From Polyangiales bacterium (GTDB taxonomy: Bacteria > Myxococcota_A > Polyangia > Polyangiales > Ga0077539): 64,000 nucleotides of DNA. The DNA lies in contig JBGARZ010000016.1 of the NCBI GenBank assembly GCA_044229975.1, forward strand, positions 64,001 to 128,000, in the 5' to 3' direction. A program made the position numbers and the translations under genes. The notes under the pieces are model-generated. The model made no database searches. It saw only the letters and a program-made list of their open reading frames with translations, and was not told the DNA's origin. Positions 8,858 through 20,066 of the stretch are shown here, piece after piece (positions within the stretch are counted from its first letter, which is position 1; every line of letters begins with the position of its first letter).

Positions 8858-11518
8858 GTGAACCCGTCGGACGTCGAGACCTCTTCCGCCTCCGCCCGTC
8901 CGGGCCGCACGCCCGCGGCGGGTGACGTCCTGGCCGAGCGCTACCAGCTCGTGCAGCGCATCGCGAGCGGAGGGTCGGCGGAGGTGTTCGAGGCCGAGCA
9001 CGCGGTCACCAGGAGACGTGTCGCGGTGAAGGTGCTGCGCGCGGACGCGAAGGGCGAGCTGGCGAGCGTGGAGAGGTTCTTCCGCGAGGCGAGCGCGTGC
9101 GCGGGCATCGACAGCGACCACATCGTCGCGGTGCTCGACTGCGACGTCGACCGCACCTCCGGCGCGCCCTTCATCGTGATGGAACTCCTTCACGGCAAAG
9201 ACCTCGCGCGCTTCATCGCCGACACGCTCGCGCAGGGCACGCCCGTCCCCCCGTCCCTCGCGATGAACCTCTTGAAGCAGGTCGCCTCGGCCCTCGACAA
9301 GGTGCACGCGCAGGGGATCGTTCATCGCGACCTGAAGCCCGCCAACCTCTTCCTGACCTTCCCGAGCGACGGCCCCGCGCGGGTGAAGGTGCTCGACTTC
9401 GGCATCGCCCGCATCGCCGCCGACGGCGTCGGCTCGGGCGCCAGCCGCGTCGGCACCCCGCTGTACATGTCCGCCGAGCAGCTCGCCGGCAGCGACACCA
9501 TCACCCTCGCCGCGGACATCTGGTCCTTCGCCCTCATCGCGTACGAGCTCCTCGTCGGCCACCCCTACTGGACGGGCAACACCGCCGCCTCGCTCTTCGC
9601 CCGCATCCCCGACGCCGAGGCCCACCCGAAGCCCACCGAGCTCGCGGTGCGCCACGGCGTGCACCTCCCGCGCGCCTTCGATCCGTGGCTCCTGCGCTGC
9701 ATCGACCCCGACCCGACGCGCCGCCCGCCCTCCGTCGGCGAGGCCCTCGGTGACCTCCTGCGCCTCTACGACCCGAAGGCCACCCAGCCCCCGAGCCGCG
9801 CCTCGGTGTCACCCGTGGCGCCCATCCCCTCGCGCCTCGCGCCTCGCGCCTCGTCGTCGCGCCCGCCGCCGCCGCGCGCCTCCATCCCCGCCGTCGCGCC
9901 GTCGCGGCCGTCGGTGCCCATCGTGGTCGCGCCGCCGTCTGCGCCGCCCGCGCCACCCGCGCCACCCGCGCCGATGACCGAGGAGCTCGACGACGACGAG
10001 ATCGAAGACCTCACCGAGACCTCCGACGTCCCGATCGGTCTGCGCGAAGCCCTCGCGCCCATCACCCCCTCCACCCCCGCGCCGTCCGCCTCCGAGGCCC
10101 GCACCCTCCGCGTCGAGCCCATCTCCGAGCGCGTCGACGAAGACCGTCGGCTCACCATCCCGCTCGCCCCCGCGGTGGCCTCGCTCTTCGGTCCGCCCCT
10201 TCGCCACGACGTCGAGCCCGACGAGCCCGTCACCGCCGAGCTCCCCGCCGCGCACCTCCCGTCCACCGCCGCGCCGCGCGACCTCGCCGACTCCCCCGAG
10301 CTGCCCGACCCCGCGCCCGAGCCCGTGGACACCCTCGGCGCCAACGTCGCCGCCGCGCTCGAAGACCCGCACGCCTCGCGCCCCGCCCGTCGTGTTCCGC
10401 GCTCGCTGGAGCTCGCCGCGACGGCGCTGCTCCCGGTGCAGGCGCCCGCGCCTCCTCCGCCGCCCGCCGTGAAGCCCGTGATGTTGATCGCCGCGGCGGT
10501 GGTCACCCTCGGGCTCGCCAGCGTCGCCGGGTGGGTGCTCTTCGGCCGCCGCGTCGCGACGCCCGCGAGCGTGCGCGGTGACGGCGTGTGGCACGGTCCG
10601 AGCGCCTTCGAGAGCGCCTCGCTCGCGTCGACCACGTCGGTCTGGGCCGGGGCGCTGCGCGTGCGCGTCGACGCGACGCCGCCCGCCTCGGGGCTCGACA
10701 CTGCTCGCACCTTCCACGCGCTGCTCTCGGCGCACCGCGCGGGCGTCGCGCTCCCGTCCGATCGCCTCGTCGCCATGGTCGTCGCGCTCGACCGCTTCCG
10801 CACGCCGCGCGGCTGGCCCGCGCCCGACCGACCGGGGCCCGACGCCGAGGCCACCGCGCAGGCGGCCCTCGCGTACGCCGCGATGGCCGAGGTCACGCGG
10901 GCCGACACCGGGCGCGTCCGGGTCAACGTCGCCCGCACGGCGCTGCTCGAACTCCAGCGCCCCGATGGGTCGTTTGAGCTCGCGGGCGACCCCACCGCGG
11001 CGCCGCTCGCGACCACCTCGCTCGCCGTGAGCGCGCTGCTCGCCGCCGAGTCGGCCGCGGGCGACGCCACGCCCGACGCCATCACGGCCCGCCGCCGCGC
11101 CGTGCATGTGCTCCGCGACGCCCTCCAGCGATCGGACCACCCGGTGTGGTCCGCGCCGCCGGCCCTCGACCGCGCCATCGCGGCGCTGTGGTCGGCGCGC
11201 GCGCAGGCCCACGACGTCGACCCGGCGGACGAGGGCATCGCCGCCCGCTACGCCGATCACCTGGGCGAGCGCTGCGCCGACCAACGGTGCGCGGTGATCG
11301 CCCCCCTCGCGGAGGCGCCGTGGGTGCCCGGGGCGCTGGTGACCTCCGCGCGGCTGCTGCGGGACAGCGCGTCGCTGCCGCCGTCGTCGCTGCGCTCGCT
11401 CTCGACCTTCGTGCGAGCGGGCATCGCGGCGATGGACCGCGACCGCGCCTACGACGGCGGCGGCGACACACGCTGGCTCGCGTCGGCGCTGTCCGCGGCG
11501 GGCGAGCTACAGCGGTAG
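8858..11518 (+). CDS. Membrane Ser/Thr protein kinase with C-terminal alpha-helical (prenyltransferase/QW-like) domain
   Basis: VAVK, HRDLKPAN, DFG, GTPLYM; Pro-rich linker; TM; LLELQRPDGSF motif. Confidence 0.88.
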   Translation: MNPSDVETSSASARPGRTPAAGDVLAERYQLVQRIASGGSAEVFEAEHAVTRRRVAVKVLRADAKGELASVERFFREASACAGIDSDHIVAVLDCDVDRTSGAPFIVMELLHGKDLARFIADTLAQGTPVPPSLAMNLLKQVASALDKVHAQGIVHRDLKPANLFLTFPSDGPARVKVLDFGIARIAADGVGSGASRVGTPLYMSAEQLAGSDTITLAADIWSFALIAYELLVGHPYWTGNTAASLFARIPDAEAHPKPTELAVRHGVHLPRAFDPWLLRCIDPDPTRRPPSVGEALGDLLRLYDPKATQPPSRASVSPVAPIPSRLAPRASSSRPPPPRASIPAVAPSRPSVPIVVAPPSAPPAPPAPPAPMTEELDDDEIEDLTETSDVPIGLREALAPITPSTPAPSASEARTLRVEPISERVDEDRRLTIPLAPAVASLFGPPLRHDVEPDEPVTAELPAAHLPSTAAPRDLADSPELPDPAPEPVDTLGANVAAALEDPHASRPARRVPRSLELAATALLPVQAPAPPPPPAVKPVMLIAAAVVTLGLASVAGWVLFGRRVATPASVRGDGVWHGPSAFESASLASTTSVWAGALRVRVDATPPASGLDTARTFHALLSAHRAGVALPSDRLVAMVVALDRFRTPRGWPAPDRPGPDAEATAQAALAYAAMAEVTRADTGRVRVNVARTALLELQRPDGSFELAGDPTAAPLATTSLAVSALLAAESAAGDATPDAITARRRAVHVLRDALQRSDHPVWSAPPALDRAIAALWSARAQAHDVDPADEGIAARYADHLGERCADQRCAVIAPLAEAPWVPGALVTSARLLRDSASLPPSSLRSLSTFVRAGIAAMDRDRAYDGGGDTRWLASALSAAGELQR

Positions 11519-11559
11519 CTGTTCGGGGGGGGACGGGAGAAGGAGGGGAGAGGGGTCGG

Positions 11560-11602
11560 AGACCCTCTGGCGCGCCCACGTTGGAGCGCGCCGAGAGGGT
11601 CT
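11560..11602. terminator. Long imperfect hairpin between convergent genes (candidate bidirectional terminator)
   Basis: AGACCCTCT-GGCGCGC-CCA..TGG-A-GCGCGCC-G-AGAGGGTCT. Confidence 0.55.
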
Positions 11603-11614
11603 ACCGTGGTGGCG

Positions 11615-14600
11615 TCACGGGCGGGTGATGTTGACCATGTACGAGCCCGACGCGGTGCCGATGGTGCAGCCGTCGACGTAGAGCGCGTGCAGGCCGGCGC
11701 CCGCGGGGATGGTCGAGTTGACCGTCGAGCGCGCCCCGCAGAAGAGGCCGTTGACGTCGTCGTTGCAGACGCTGACCGACGCGCGACCGGCGCTGCGCTG
11801 CTCCAGCTCGGTGTCCCAGGTGGCGCGCAGGCAGGTGGACGCCGAGAAGGCGCCGCCCGCGAAGGAGCCGCAGGTGTACCAGTAGTAGGTGTTCTCCGGG
11901 CCGCCCGAGCAGCACGAGGTGGTGCTGATGCGGCCGGTGCCCGTGGTCGAGCCGCTCAGCAGCTGGCCGGAGCCCGCGTTGAGCGCGGTGAGCGTGCCGT
12001 TGCCGATGGGCAGGTGCTGGAACCGGATGCTCGATGCACCCGACGCGCAGCCCGAGAGGACGAGGAAGTACGTCCCGGCTTCGAGGCGCACCATCACCTG
12101 GCTCGCGCCGAAGGACGGCAGGTTGCAGCCGGAGAGGCCGCTGTCGTCGTTGCAGGCCAGGCCGTTGGACAGGCTCGACGCCGTCACGGTGGCGCCCGCG
12201 CTGTTGAGGAAGAACAACCCGGTGTCCCACGCGGTGCCGATGGTGTCGGCGTAGACGACCTCCGGGGCCGTCAGCGTGAAGCGGTAGAACACGTCGTTGC
12301 CCGTGGTGCACGAGCACCCCGAGGAGGAGCCCTCGTTGCGCGCGTTGGTGGTGTCGGCGTTGAGGATCGACGACGACCGGGTCATGTCGATGGTGACCGC
12401 GTTGGCGCGCAGGTCGTTGGCCGGCGGCGTGCGGCAGGTGCCCTGGCGGCAGAACGTCCCGGTGCCGCACTGGCGGTTGCAGCCGCCGCAGTTGTTGTTG
12501 TCGTTCTGCGTGTCGACGCAGGTGCCGCAGTAGGTCTGGCCGACGGTGCAGGTGCCGACGCCCACGCGGATCTGGTAGGGGCCCGCGTTGCAGCCGTCGG
12601 CGATGACCGTGTGCAGGCCCGCGCCCGCCGGGATGGTCGAGGAGACCGTCGCGCGGTTGCCGCACTCCAGGCCCGTGTCGTCGTTGCAGACCGCGGTGCC
12701 GGCCGTGCGACCGGGGCTGCGCTGCTCGACCATGTTGTCCACCGTCGTGGTGGTCGTGGTGCCGCACGACGACGCGTAGAACGTCCCGGCCGTGGAGCTC
12801 GGGCAGCTCACCCACCAGTAGGAGTTCTCGGGGCCGCCGGAGCAGAGGCAGCTACCGCTGGCGCTGGCGCTGGTGCCCGATGTGGTGCCCGTGAGCAGGG
12901 TCGTGGTGCTGGTCGGGGCGATCAGCACCGACGGGCCGTTGCCCGCCGCCGAGTGCTGGAAGTGGATGGTCGCCATGCCCGACGAGCAGCCCGAGAGCAC
13001 GAGCAGGTAGGTGCCCGGCGCGAGGCGCGCGAGAACCTGGCTGGCGCGCCCGGTCGAGATGCCGCCGCAGAAGGCGAAGTCGTCGTCGCAGACGCGGCCG
13101 CCGGTGGTGCCCGCGCTGGTGAGGTTGACGCCCATCGCGTCCTGGAAAAACAGCGACGTGTCCCAGGTGGTGCCGATGGTGTCGGCGTAGACGAGCTCCG
13201 GCGCGGTGAGCGTGAAGCGGTAGTAGACGTCCTGCCCCGAGGTGCACGAGCACGCCCCGGCGGTGTTGGTGTCGTTGGCCGCGTTGGTCGTGTCGACGGT
13301 GAGCGTCTGGCTCGGCATCGTCATGTTGATGACCGTGGCGCCCGCGCGCTGGTCGTTGGCCGGAGCCGTGCCGCTGCGGCAGCCGCCGCCCGCGCAGATC
13401 TGGCCCGTCGGGCAGGCGTTGCCGCAGCGCCCGCAGTTGGCGCGGTCGCTCTGGAAGTTGGCGCAGCGCGCGGCCATGCCCGTACCGCACAGCATCTGGC
13501 CGGTCGGGCAGGCGCAGGCGCCCGCGGTGCAGGTCTGGCCGCTGGCGCAGGCGCGCCCGCACATGCCGCAGTTGGCGCTGCTGGTCTGCGTGCTGACGCA
13601 GGTGCCCATGCAGTCCGTCTGGCCCGACGGGCAGGCGCAGGCGCCCGCGGTGCAGGTCTGGCCGACGCGGCACGCGGTGCCGCAGGCGCCGCAGTTGGCG
13701 GCGCTGGTCTGCGTGTTGACGCAGGCGTCACCGCAGAGGGTCTGGCCCGACGGGCACGCGACGGCGCACATGCCGCCCATGCACATCTGCCCGCTCGGGC
13801 AGGCGCGACCGCAGGCGCCGCAGTTGGCGGCGCTGGTCATGGTGTTGACGCAGGTGGAGCCGCAGAGGGTCTGCCCCGCGGCGCAGGTGCAGACGCCCGC
13901 GGTGCAGCTCTGCCCGCTCGGGCAGGCGCGGTCACACGCGCCGCAGTTGGCGCCGCTGGTCTGGAGGTCGACGCACGCGGTGCCGCAGCGGGTCTGGCCG
14001 GTGGCGCAGGCCATGGTGTCCATCGCGCAGGCGCCGGCGCGGCACACGAGGCCCGCGGCGCACGCCATGCCGCACGATCCGCAGTTGGTGTTGTCGGTCT
14101 GGAGGTTGAGGCAGGTGCCCATGCAGCGGGTCTCGCCCGCCGGGCAGGCGGCCGTGCCGTCCATGCACATGCCGGCGGTGCAGGTCTGGCCGCTGGCGCA
14201 GGCGCGCCCGCACATGCCGCAGTTGGTGGCGTCGGCGTTGGTGTCGATGCACGCGCCCGAGCAGTCGGTCTGCCCGGTGGGGCAGGTGCGCGCGCCGCAA
14301 GCGCCCGCGGTGCAGGCCATGCCCGTGGGGCAGGCGGTGCCGCAGGTGCCGCAGTTGCTGTTGTCGGTCTGCGTGTTGACGCAGGTGCCGGCGCAGGCCG
14401 TCTGGCCCGTCGGGCAGGTGGTGACCGCGCGGCAGGTGCCGCCCATGCAATCCTGGCCGGAAGAGCAGGCGGTACCACACGCCCCGCAGTTGCTGGTGTC
14501 GGTCTGCGTGTCGACGCAGGTGCCCGAGCAGTCGGTCTGACCGCCGGTGCAGGTGATGGGGGCGTTGCAGCTACCGGCGACGCAGGTCTGGCCCGAGGCG

Positions 14601-14869
14601 CAGGCGTTGCCGCACGAGCCGCAGTGGGTGGCGCTGGTGGCGGTGTTGACACACGCCCCGCCGCACTGGGTCTCGCCCGAGGCGCAGGTGCCCGCGTCGG
14701 TCGGGGTGACCACGCCGGTGTCCTGGGTGGGGTTGCCGGTGTCGGGCGTCTCGCCCAGGTCGGTCTCGACCCCCGTGTCTTCCGGGATCATGTCCGCGGG
14801 GGGGTCGCTGTTACAGCCGACGCCAAGGGCCAGCGCGCACGCGAGCCACCAGTATTTTTTGCGATCCAT
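11615..14869 (-). CDS. Cys-rich repeat lipoprotein (MXAN_6577-like repeats) with duplicated C-terminal beta-sandwich (PPC-like) module
   Basis: GGAG RBS; ATG 14869; lipobox ALGVGC; 10+1 eight-Cys repeats; two copies of PAND..DVYYRFTLTAPE.VYADTIGT.WDT. Confidence 0.85.
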   Translation of the reverse strand: MDRKKYWWLACALALGVGCNSDPPADMIPEDTGVETDLGETPDTGNPTQDTGVVTPTDAGTCASGETQCGGACVNTATSATHCGSCGNACASGQTCVAGSCNAPITCTGGQTDCSGTCVDTQTDTSNCGACGTACSSGQDCMGGTCRAVTTCPTGQTACAGTCVNTQTDNSNCGTCGTACPTGMACTAGACGARTCPTGQTDCSGACIDTNADATNCGMCGRACASGQTCTAGMCMDGTAACPAGETRCMGTCLNLQTDNTNCGSCGMACAAGLVCRAGACAMDTMACATGQTRCGTACVDLQTSGANCGACDRACPSGQSCTAGVCTCAAGQTLCGSTCVNTMTSAANCGACGRACPSGQMCMGGMCAVACPSGQTLCGDACVNTQTSAANCGACGTACRVGQTCTAGACACPSGQTDCMGTCVSTQTSSANCGMCGRACASGQTCTAGACACPTGQMLCGTGMAARCANFQSDRANCGRCGNACPTGQICAGGGCRSGTAPANDQRAGATVINMTMPSQTLTVDTTNAANDTNTAGACSCTSGQDVYYRFTLTAPELVYADTIGTTWDTSLFFQDAMGVNLTSAGTTGGRVCDDDFAFCGGISTGRASQVLARLAPGTYLLVLSGCSSGMATIHFQHSAAGNGPSVLIAPTSTTTLLTGTTSGTSASASGSCLCSGGPENSYWWVSCPSSTAGTFYASSCGTTTTTTVDNMVEQRSPGRTAGTAVCNDDTGLECGNRATVSSTIPAGAGLHTVIADGCNAGPYQIRVGVGTCTVGQTYCGTCVDTQNDNNNCGGCNRQCGTGTFCRQGTCRTPPANDLRANAVTIDMTRSSSILNADTTNARNEGSSSGCSCTTGNDVFYRFTLTAPEVVYADTIGTAWDTGLFFLNSAGATVTASSLSNGLACNDDSGLSGCNLPSFGASQVMVRLEAGTYFLVLSGCASGASSIRFQHLPIGNGTLTALNAGSGQLLSGSTTGTGRISTTSCCSGGPENTYYWYTCGSFAGGAFSASTCLRATWDTELEQRSAGRASVSVCNDDVNGLFCGARSTVNSTIPAGAGLHALYVDGCTIGTASGSYMVNITRP

Positions 14870-15057
14870 ACCTATTTGATCTCCTGGGAATTGGGCTCTG
14901 CGCGAGTCGCAACACGAGCCTCGACGGGCTCCGCCCGGGCGGACACATCCCACGATTTGTCAGCGGGCGGAAGAACCCCGGCGGTGGCGGATCAGAGCGG
15001 CAGGAAATTGCGGAGAACGCGGGGAGTCGGAGGCAGGAGGAGGGGCGCGGCCGTCGG

Positions 15058-15330
15058 TCAGCCGAGGGCCTTGGTGAGCTCGCCGTTGATGCGATCTTCG
15101 ATGGTGCCCTTGAGCGCCCGCTGGATGAACGACAGCTCGATCTGCACGCGCACCGTGGTGTCGGTGATGGCGAAGGTGCCGGTGGCGGGCTTGGTGATCT
15201 TGTAGACGTCGCCGTCCCAGGAGCCCTGGAGACCGAGGCTGCCGCCGATGCGCGCGAGCACCTCGTCGACCTTGGTCTTGACCCCTGCCTTGCCGAGCTT
15301 GTGATTGCGGGTGATGTCGATCGTTGCCAT
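15058..15330 (-). CDS. Polyhydroxyalkanoic acid system (PHA_gran_rgn-like) small protein
   Basis: MATIDITRNHKLG...GSWDGD...IEDRINGEL, 90 aa, GGAGG RBS. Confidence 0.8.
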   Translation of the reverse strand: MATIDITRNHKLGKAGVKTKVDEVLARIGGSLGLQGSWDGDVYKITKPATGTFAITDTTVRVQIELSFIQRALKGTIEDRINGELTKALG

Positions 15331-15518
15331 GTGTTCCTCCGTTGAGGGGGTGAAGAGGTGGGACGTTGGGGAGGTGTGAGGTCCCGCGGCCGGACGGTCG
15401 CATCGCCGTGTCTGGGGCGTCAACCATCGCGCGTCATCCCTTTGGCCGTCGCCGTGGGGCGTGATAGAGCCGCACGCATCGCTCCCGCGGAAGCAACCGC
15501 CGGAGCGAGCGGGAAGTG

Positions 15519-16943
<1,425 letters not shown>

Positions 16944-17030
16944 GCCTCGTCCCGCGTCGCCCTTCCGTCCGGTCGCGCGCTCGTGGGAACATGCACCCTG
17001 CTCATGCTTGACCCCCGCGAACCCTCACGA

Positions 17031-18065
17031 ATGCGGCACCATCGCCGCTCCTGGCTCGCCGCGTCGGCGCTGGGGTGCGCCCTGTCCATCGCGGGCGTGG
17101 CGTCAGCGCAGACGGAGTCGGAGATCGCGACGCGGCGGCTGTTTCTCGATCGCGCGCAGGCCGCGCGGGCGAGCGGTCAGCACGCCGAGGCGCTGGAGCT
17201 GTATCAGCGGGCGGGGCAGATCCAGATGACCCCGTCGGTGCGGGCCTTCATCGCGGAGGAGCAGCTGCGGACGGGGCGACTGGCCGAGGCGATGGGCTCG
17301 GCCGACCTGTGCCTGCGCGACCTCGGGGCGGCGTCGGCGGTGCGCGATCGGGCGGCCATCGAGTCGCACTGCCGCGGGCTGCGCGAGGATCTCCGGCAGC
17401 GGGTGGGCGAGCTGGTGGTGGAGGTCCCACGGCCCGTCCCGGCGGGGCTGCGGGTGACCATCGGCGGCAACGAGCTGTCGGCGGTGCTCTACGGCCTGGC
17501 CGCGGTGACGACACCCGGAACGGTCGACGTCGTGGCCTCGGTGGGCGGCGTCGAGCGATGGCGTCGATCGGTGACGGTCGCGGCGCGGGAGACGGCCACC
17601 GTGCGCGTCGAGCTGCCGGTGGAAGAGGCGCCGACGCCGGTGGTGGTGGTGGCTCCGGTGCAGCCGCCGGTGGAGGTGGCGCGACCGGCCGTGAGGCGCC
17701 CCGCGGTGGTGGTCGATCGCGGTCGCACACGACGCACGGTGGGCTGGGCGCTCGTCGGCGGCGCGGGCGCGGGGCTGATCGCGGGGACGGTCGCGCTGGT
17801 GGTGCAGCGGGTGCGCGCGGGTGAGTTCAACGAGCGCTACACCGCGAGCCAGTGCGCCACGAGCAACGCCTGCCAGAGCGAGCAGGCGGCGGCCGACGCG
17901 GCCTCGACGGCGTCGTGGGTGGGCTACGCCGCGGGCGCGGCGATGGGGGCGGCGGGGGTGGTGCTGCTGCTGACGGCGCCGAGGGCGCACACGGTGACGA
18001 CGGGGCTGCGCGCTTGCGGGCCGGGGCCCGGGACGGCGGGCGTGTCGTGCGGGTTCGTGTTCTGA
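17031..18065 (+). CDS. Exported TPR + PEGA-like protein
   Basis: Signal peptide ending ASA-Q, TPR-like helices, beta-rich PEGA-like segment, two Gly-rich hydrophobic helices, terminal Phe. Confidence 0.75.
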   Translation: MRHHRRSWLAASALGCALSIAGVASAQTESEIATRRLFLDRAQAARASGQHAEALELYQRAGQIQMTPSVRAFIAEEQLRTGRLAEAMGSADLCLRDLGAASAVRDRAAIESHCRGLREDLRQRVGELVVEVPRPVPAGLRVTIGGNELSAVLYGLAAVTTPGTVDVVASVGGVERWRRSVTVAARETATVRVELPVEEAPTPVVVVAPVQPPVEVARPAVRRPAVVVDRGRTRRTVGWALVGGAGAGLIAGTVALVVQRVRAGEFNERYTASQCATSNACQSEQAAADAASTASWVGYAAGAAMGAAGVVLLLTAPRAHTVTTGLRACGPGPGTAGVSCGFVF

Positions 18066-18070
18066 GCGGG

Positions 18071-18086
18071 TGGCGTCGTGGTTGCA
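18071..18086 (+). promoter_or_regulatory. Sigma54 (-24/-12) promoter candidate
   Basis: TGGCGTCGTGGTTGCA (GG-N10-GC; consensus TGGCACG-N4-TTGCW), upstream of the GGAG RBS at 18110 and next to a sigma54 activator gene. Confidence 0.7.
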
Positions 18087-18122
18087 GTGAGGCCGGCGCG
18101 GACGCTCGTGGAGAAACCTGTG

Positions 18123-18614
18123 ATGACGGTATCGGCTCGCCTCGCCCTCGTGATGTTCCTGCTCTCGTCGGCGTCGTGCGCGACGCTCACCTTCGCCCAG
18201 GAGGACGCGGCAGCGGACGCGGCGGCAGAGGCGGGAGCCGACGTGGGCTGCACCGCCGACACCAACACCGATCCCATGAACTGCGGCGCGTGCGGTCGGG
18301 TCTGCGCGACGCCGCGCGGCACGACGCGAAACACCTGCGAGATGGGGGTCTGCGTCCCGGTGTGCGCGTCGCAGTTCGGTAGCTGTGATGGCAACCCGAC
18401 CAACGGGTGCGAGGCCGAGCTCAACACGGAAGACCACTGCGGGGCGTGCGAGACGGTCTGCCTGTCGTCCCAGGTCTGCCGCCCGCCGCCGCCGCCCGAC
18501 ACCGCCGGGGCGTTGCGCTGCGTGATGTGCGGCCGTCGCGGCATCGCGTGTTGCCAGGCCCCCAACCAGTGCGAGGCGGGCCTCCGGTGCGACGGGATGA
18601 ACTGCGTGATGTGA
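18123..18614 (+). CDS. Small Cys-rich exported protein / possible lipoprotein
   Basis: Hydrophobic N-terminus ending SASC; DPMNCGACG and CDGNPTNGCE myxobacterial Cys motifs. Confidence 0.75.
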   Translation: MTVSARLALVMFLLSSASCATLTFAQEDAAADAAAEAGADVGCTADTNTDPMNCGACGRVCATPRGTTRNTCEMGVCVPVCASQFGSCDGNPTNGCEAELNTEDHCGACETVCLSSQVCRPPPPPDTAGALRCVMCGRRGIACCQAPNQCEAGLRCDGMNCVM

Positions 18615-18649
18615 AACCGCGTTGCGCGATTGCGCAGCGGCGTTGCACT

Positions 18650-20035
18650 TCAGGGACGCTTGCGGGGGCGGCCGATGCCGTACTCCTCGATGCGGTAGAG
18701 CAGCGTGCGGCGCGAGACGCCCAGCAGCTCGGCGGCGCGCGTCTGGTTGCCGTCGCACTGCGTGAGCGCGTCGAGGATGCGCTGGCGGTCGGTGGCCTTC
18801 CACTCCATCAAGCCGCGCTCGCGCGGGTCCATCGCGGCGGCAGCATTTGTCAGTGACGCGCCCGGTGGCGGCGTGACCACCGCGGTGGGCGTTCGGGCGC
18901 TCGCAAGCACCTTCGGGGGCAGGTGCTCTGGGAGAATCACGCTCCCCTCGGCGATCACCAGCGCGCGCTCCAGGGCGTGGCGCAGCTCGCGCACGTTGCC
19001 CGGCCACGAGTACGCCTCCATCACGGCGAGGGCGGCGGGCGAGAGCGTCGGCGGGTGCGCGCGGTCCATCTGTCGGCTCGCCGCGGCGAGGAGCTGCGGA
19101 GCGAGCGCGCCGATGTCCCCGCGCCGCTCGCGCAGCGGCGGGACCGTGAGCGAGATGCCGTTGAGACGGAAGTAGAGGTCTTCGCGGAAGGTTCCCTTCT
19201 TCGACGACTCTTCGAGGTCGCGGTTGGTGGCCGCGACGAAGCGCACGTCCACGGTGCGCGGCGAGCGACCGCCCACGCGCATCACCTCGCGCTGCTCCAG
19301 CACGCGCAGCAGCTTCACCTGCGTCGAGAGAGGCAGCTCGCCCGCCTCGTCGAGGAAGAGCGTTCCACCTTCGGCGGCCTCGATGAGCCCGGCCTTCGCG
19401 GCCGTCGCCCCGGTGAACGATCCCTTCTCGTGACCGAAGAGCTCTCCTTCGAGGAGGTTCTCCGAGAGCGCCGCGCAGTTGAGCGCGAGGAAGGGCCCCT
19501 TCGCCCGCGGTGACGCTCGATGGATGGCCCGCGCGAGCACGTCCTTGCCGACGCCCGTCTCGCCCAGGATGAGCACCGGCAGCATCGCCTGCGCCGCCCG
19601 ACCCGCCTGCGCGTAGAGGGCCTTCATGCTCGGGTCGTGGACGACCGCCGAGTCGATGGTCGACGCTGGGCCCGCCGAGGGCGCGCGCCTCACCACGGCC
19701 ACCACGCCGCCGATGACGATGGCGTCGCCGACGGCCACAGGCGCTCGCCGGCCGCGGACGTTGCGCAGGGCCGCCGTCGCGTGAGGATCGCCGCCGGGCG
19801 GTGCCGCGCCGCGAAGGAGGGTCCCGTTGGCGGCGCCGAGGTCTTCGATCTCCATGGGCGGTCCGACGTGCAGCGCGGCGTGCTTGCGCGAGACCGCGGA
19901 GTCCTCGACGCGAACGTCGTTGTCGTCGGCGCGGCCGATGGTGAGAACGGCTCCCGCCGCGAGGTTGTACACGGCGACGGTCTCGCCCTGGACCACCGCG
20001 AGCTGGAGCGCGCCTTCGTCGTGGGGTGTCGTCAC
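18650..20035 (-). CDS. FHA-domain sigma54-dependent transcriptional activator (bEBP)
   Basis: FHA ([17 protein letters not shown]), Walker [15 protein letters not shown] loop, [12 protein letters not shown], Fis-type HTH. Confidence 0.95.
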   Translation of the reverse strand: MTTPHDEGALQLAVVQGETVAVYNLAAGAVLTIGRADDNDVRVEDSAVSRKHAALHVGPPMEIEDLGAANGTLLRGAAPPGGDPHATAALRNVRGRRAPVAVGDAIVIGGVVAVVRRAPSAGPASTIDSAVVHDPSMKALYAQAGRAAQAMLPVLILGETGVGKDVLARAIHRASPRAKGPFLALNCAALSENLLEGELFGHEKGSFTGATAAKAGLIEAAEGGTLFLDEAGELPLSTQVKLLRVLEQREVMRVGGRSPRTVDVRFVAATNRDLEESSKKGTFREDLYFRLNGISLTVPPLRERRGDIGALAPQLLAAASRQMDRAHPPTLSPAALAVMEAYSWPGNVRELRHALERALVIAEGSVILPEHLPPKVLASARTPTAVVTPPPGASLTNAAAAMDPRERGLMEWKATDRQRILDALTQCDGNQTRAAELLGVSRRTLLYRIEEYGIGRPRKRP

Positions 20036-20066
20036 GGCCGGGGACTCTATCGCAGCTCTGCCGCTT

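Noticed and set aside
11606..15205. Very long antisense/alternative-frame ORFs (e.g. 1199 aa here, 20976-23792 N-terminal part, 40044-42812, 26160-28817)
   Set aside because: These are shadows of real genes caused by high GC and few stop codons; they are Arg/Ala/Gly-rich with no motifs.
15479..15509. Hairpin just upstream of the kinase start as a riboswitch
   Set aside because: A short GC-rich stem is expected by chance at this composition; no aptamer motif recognised.
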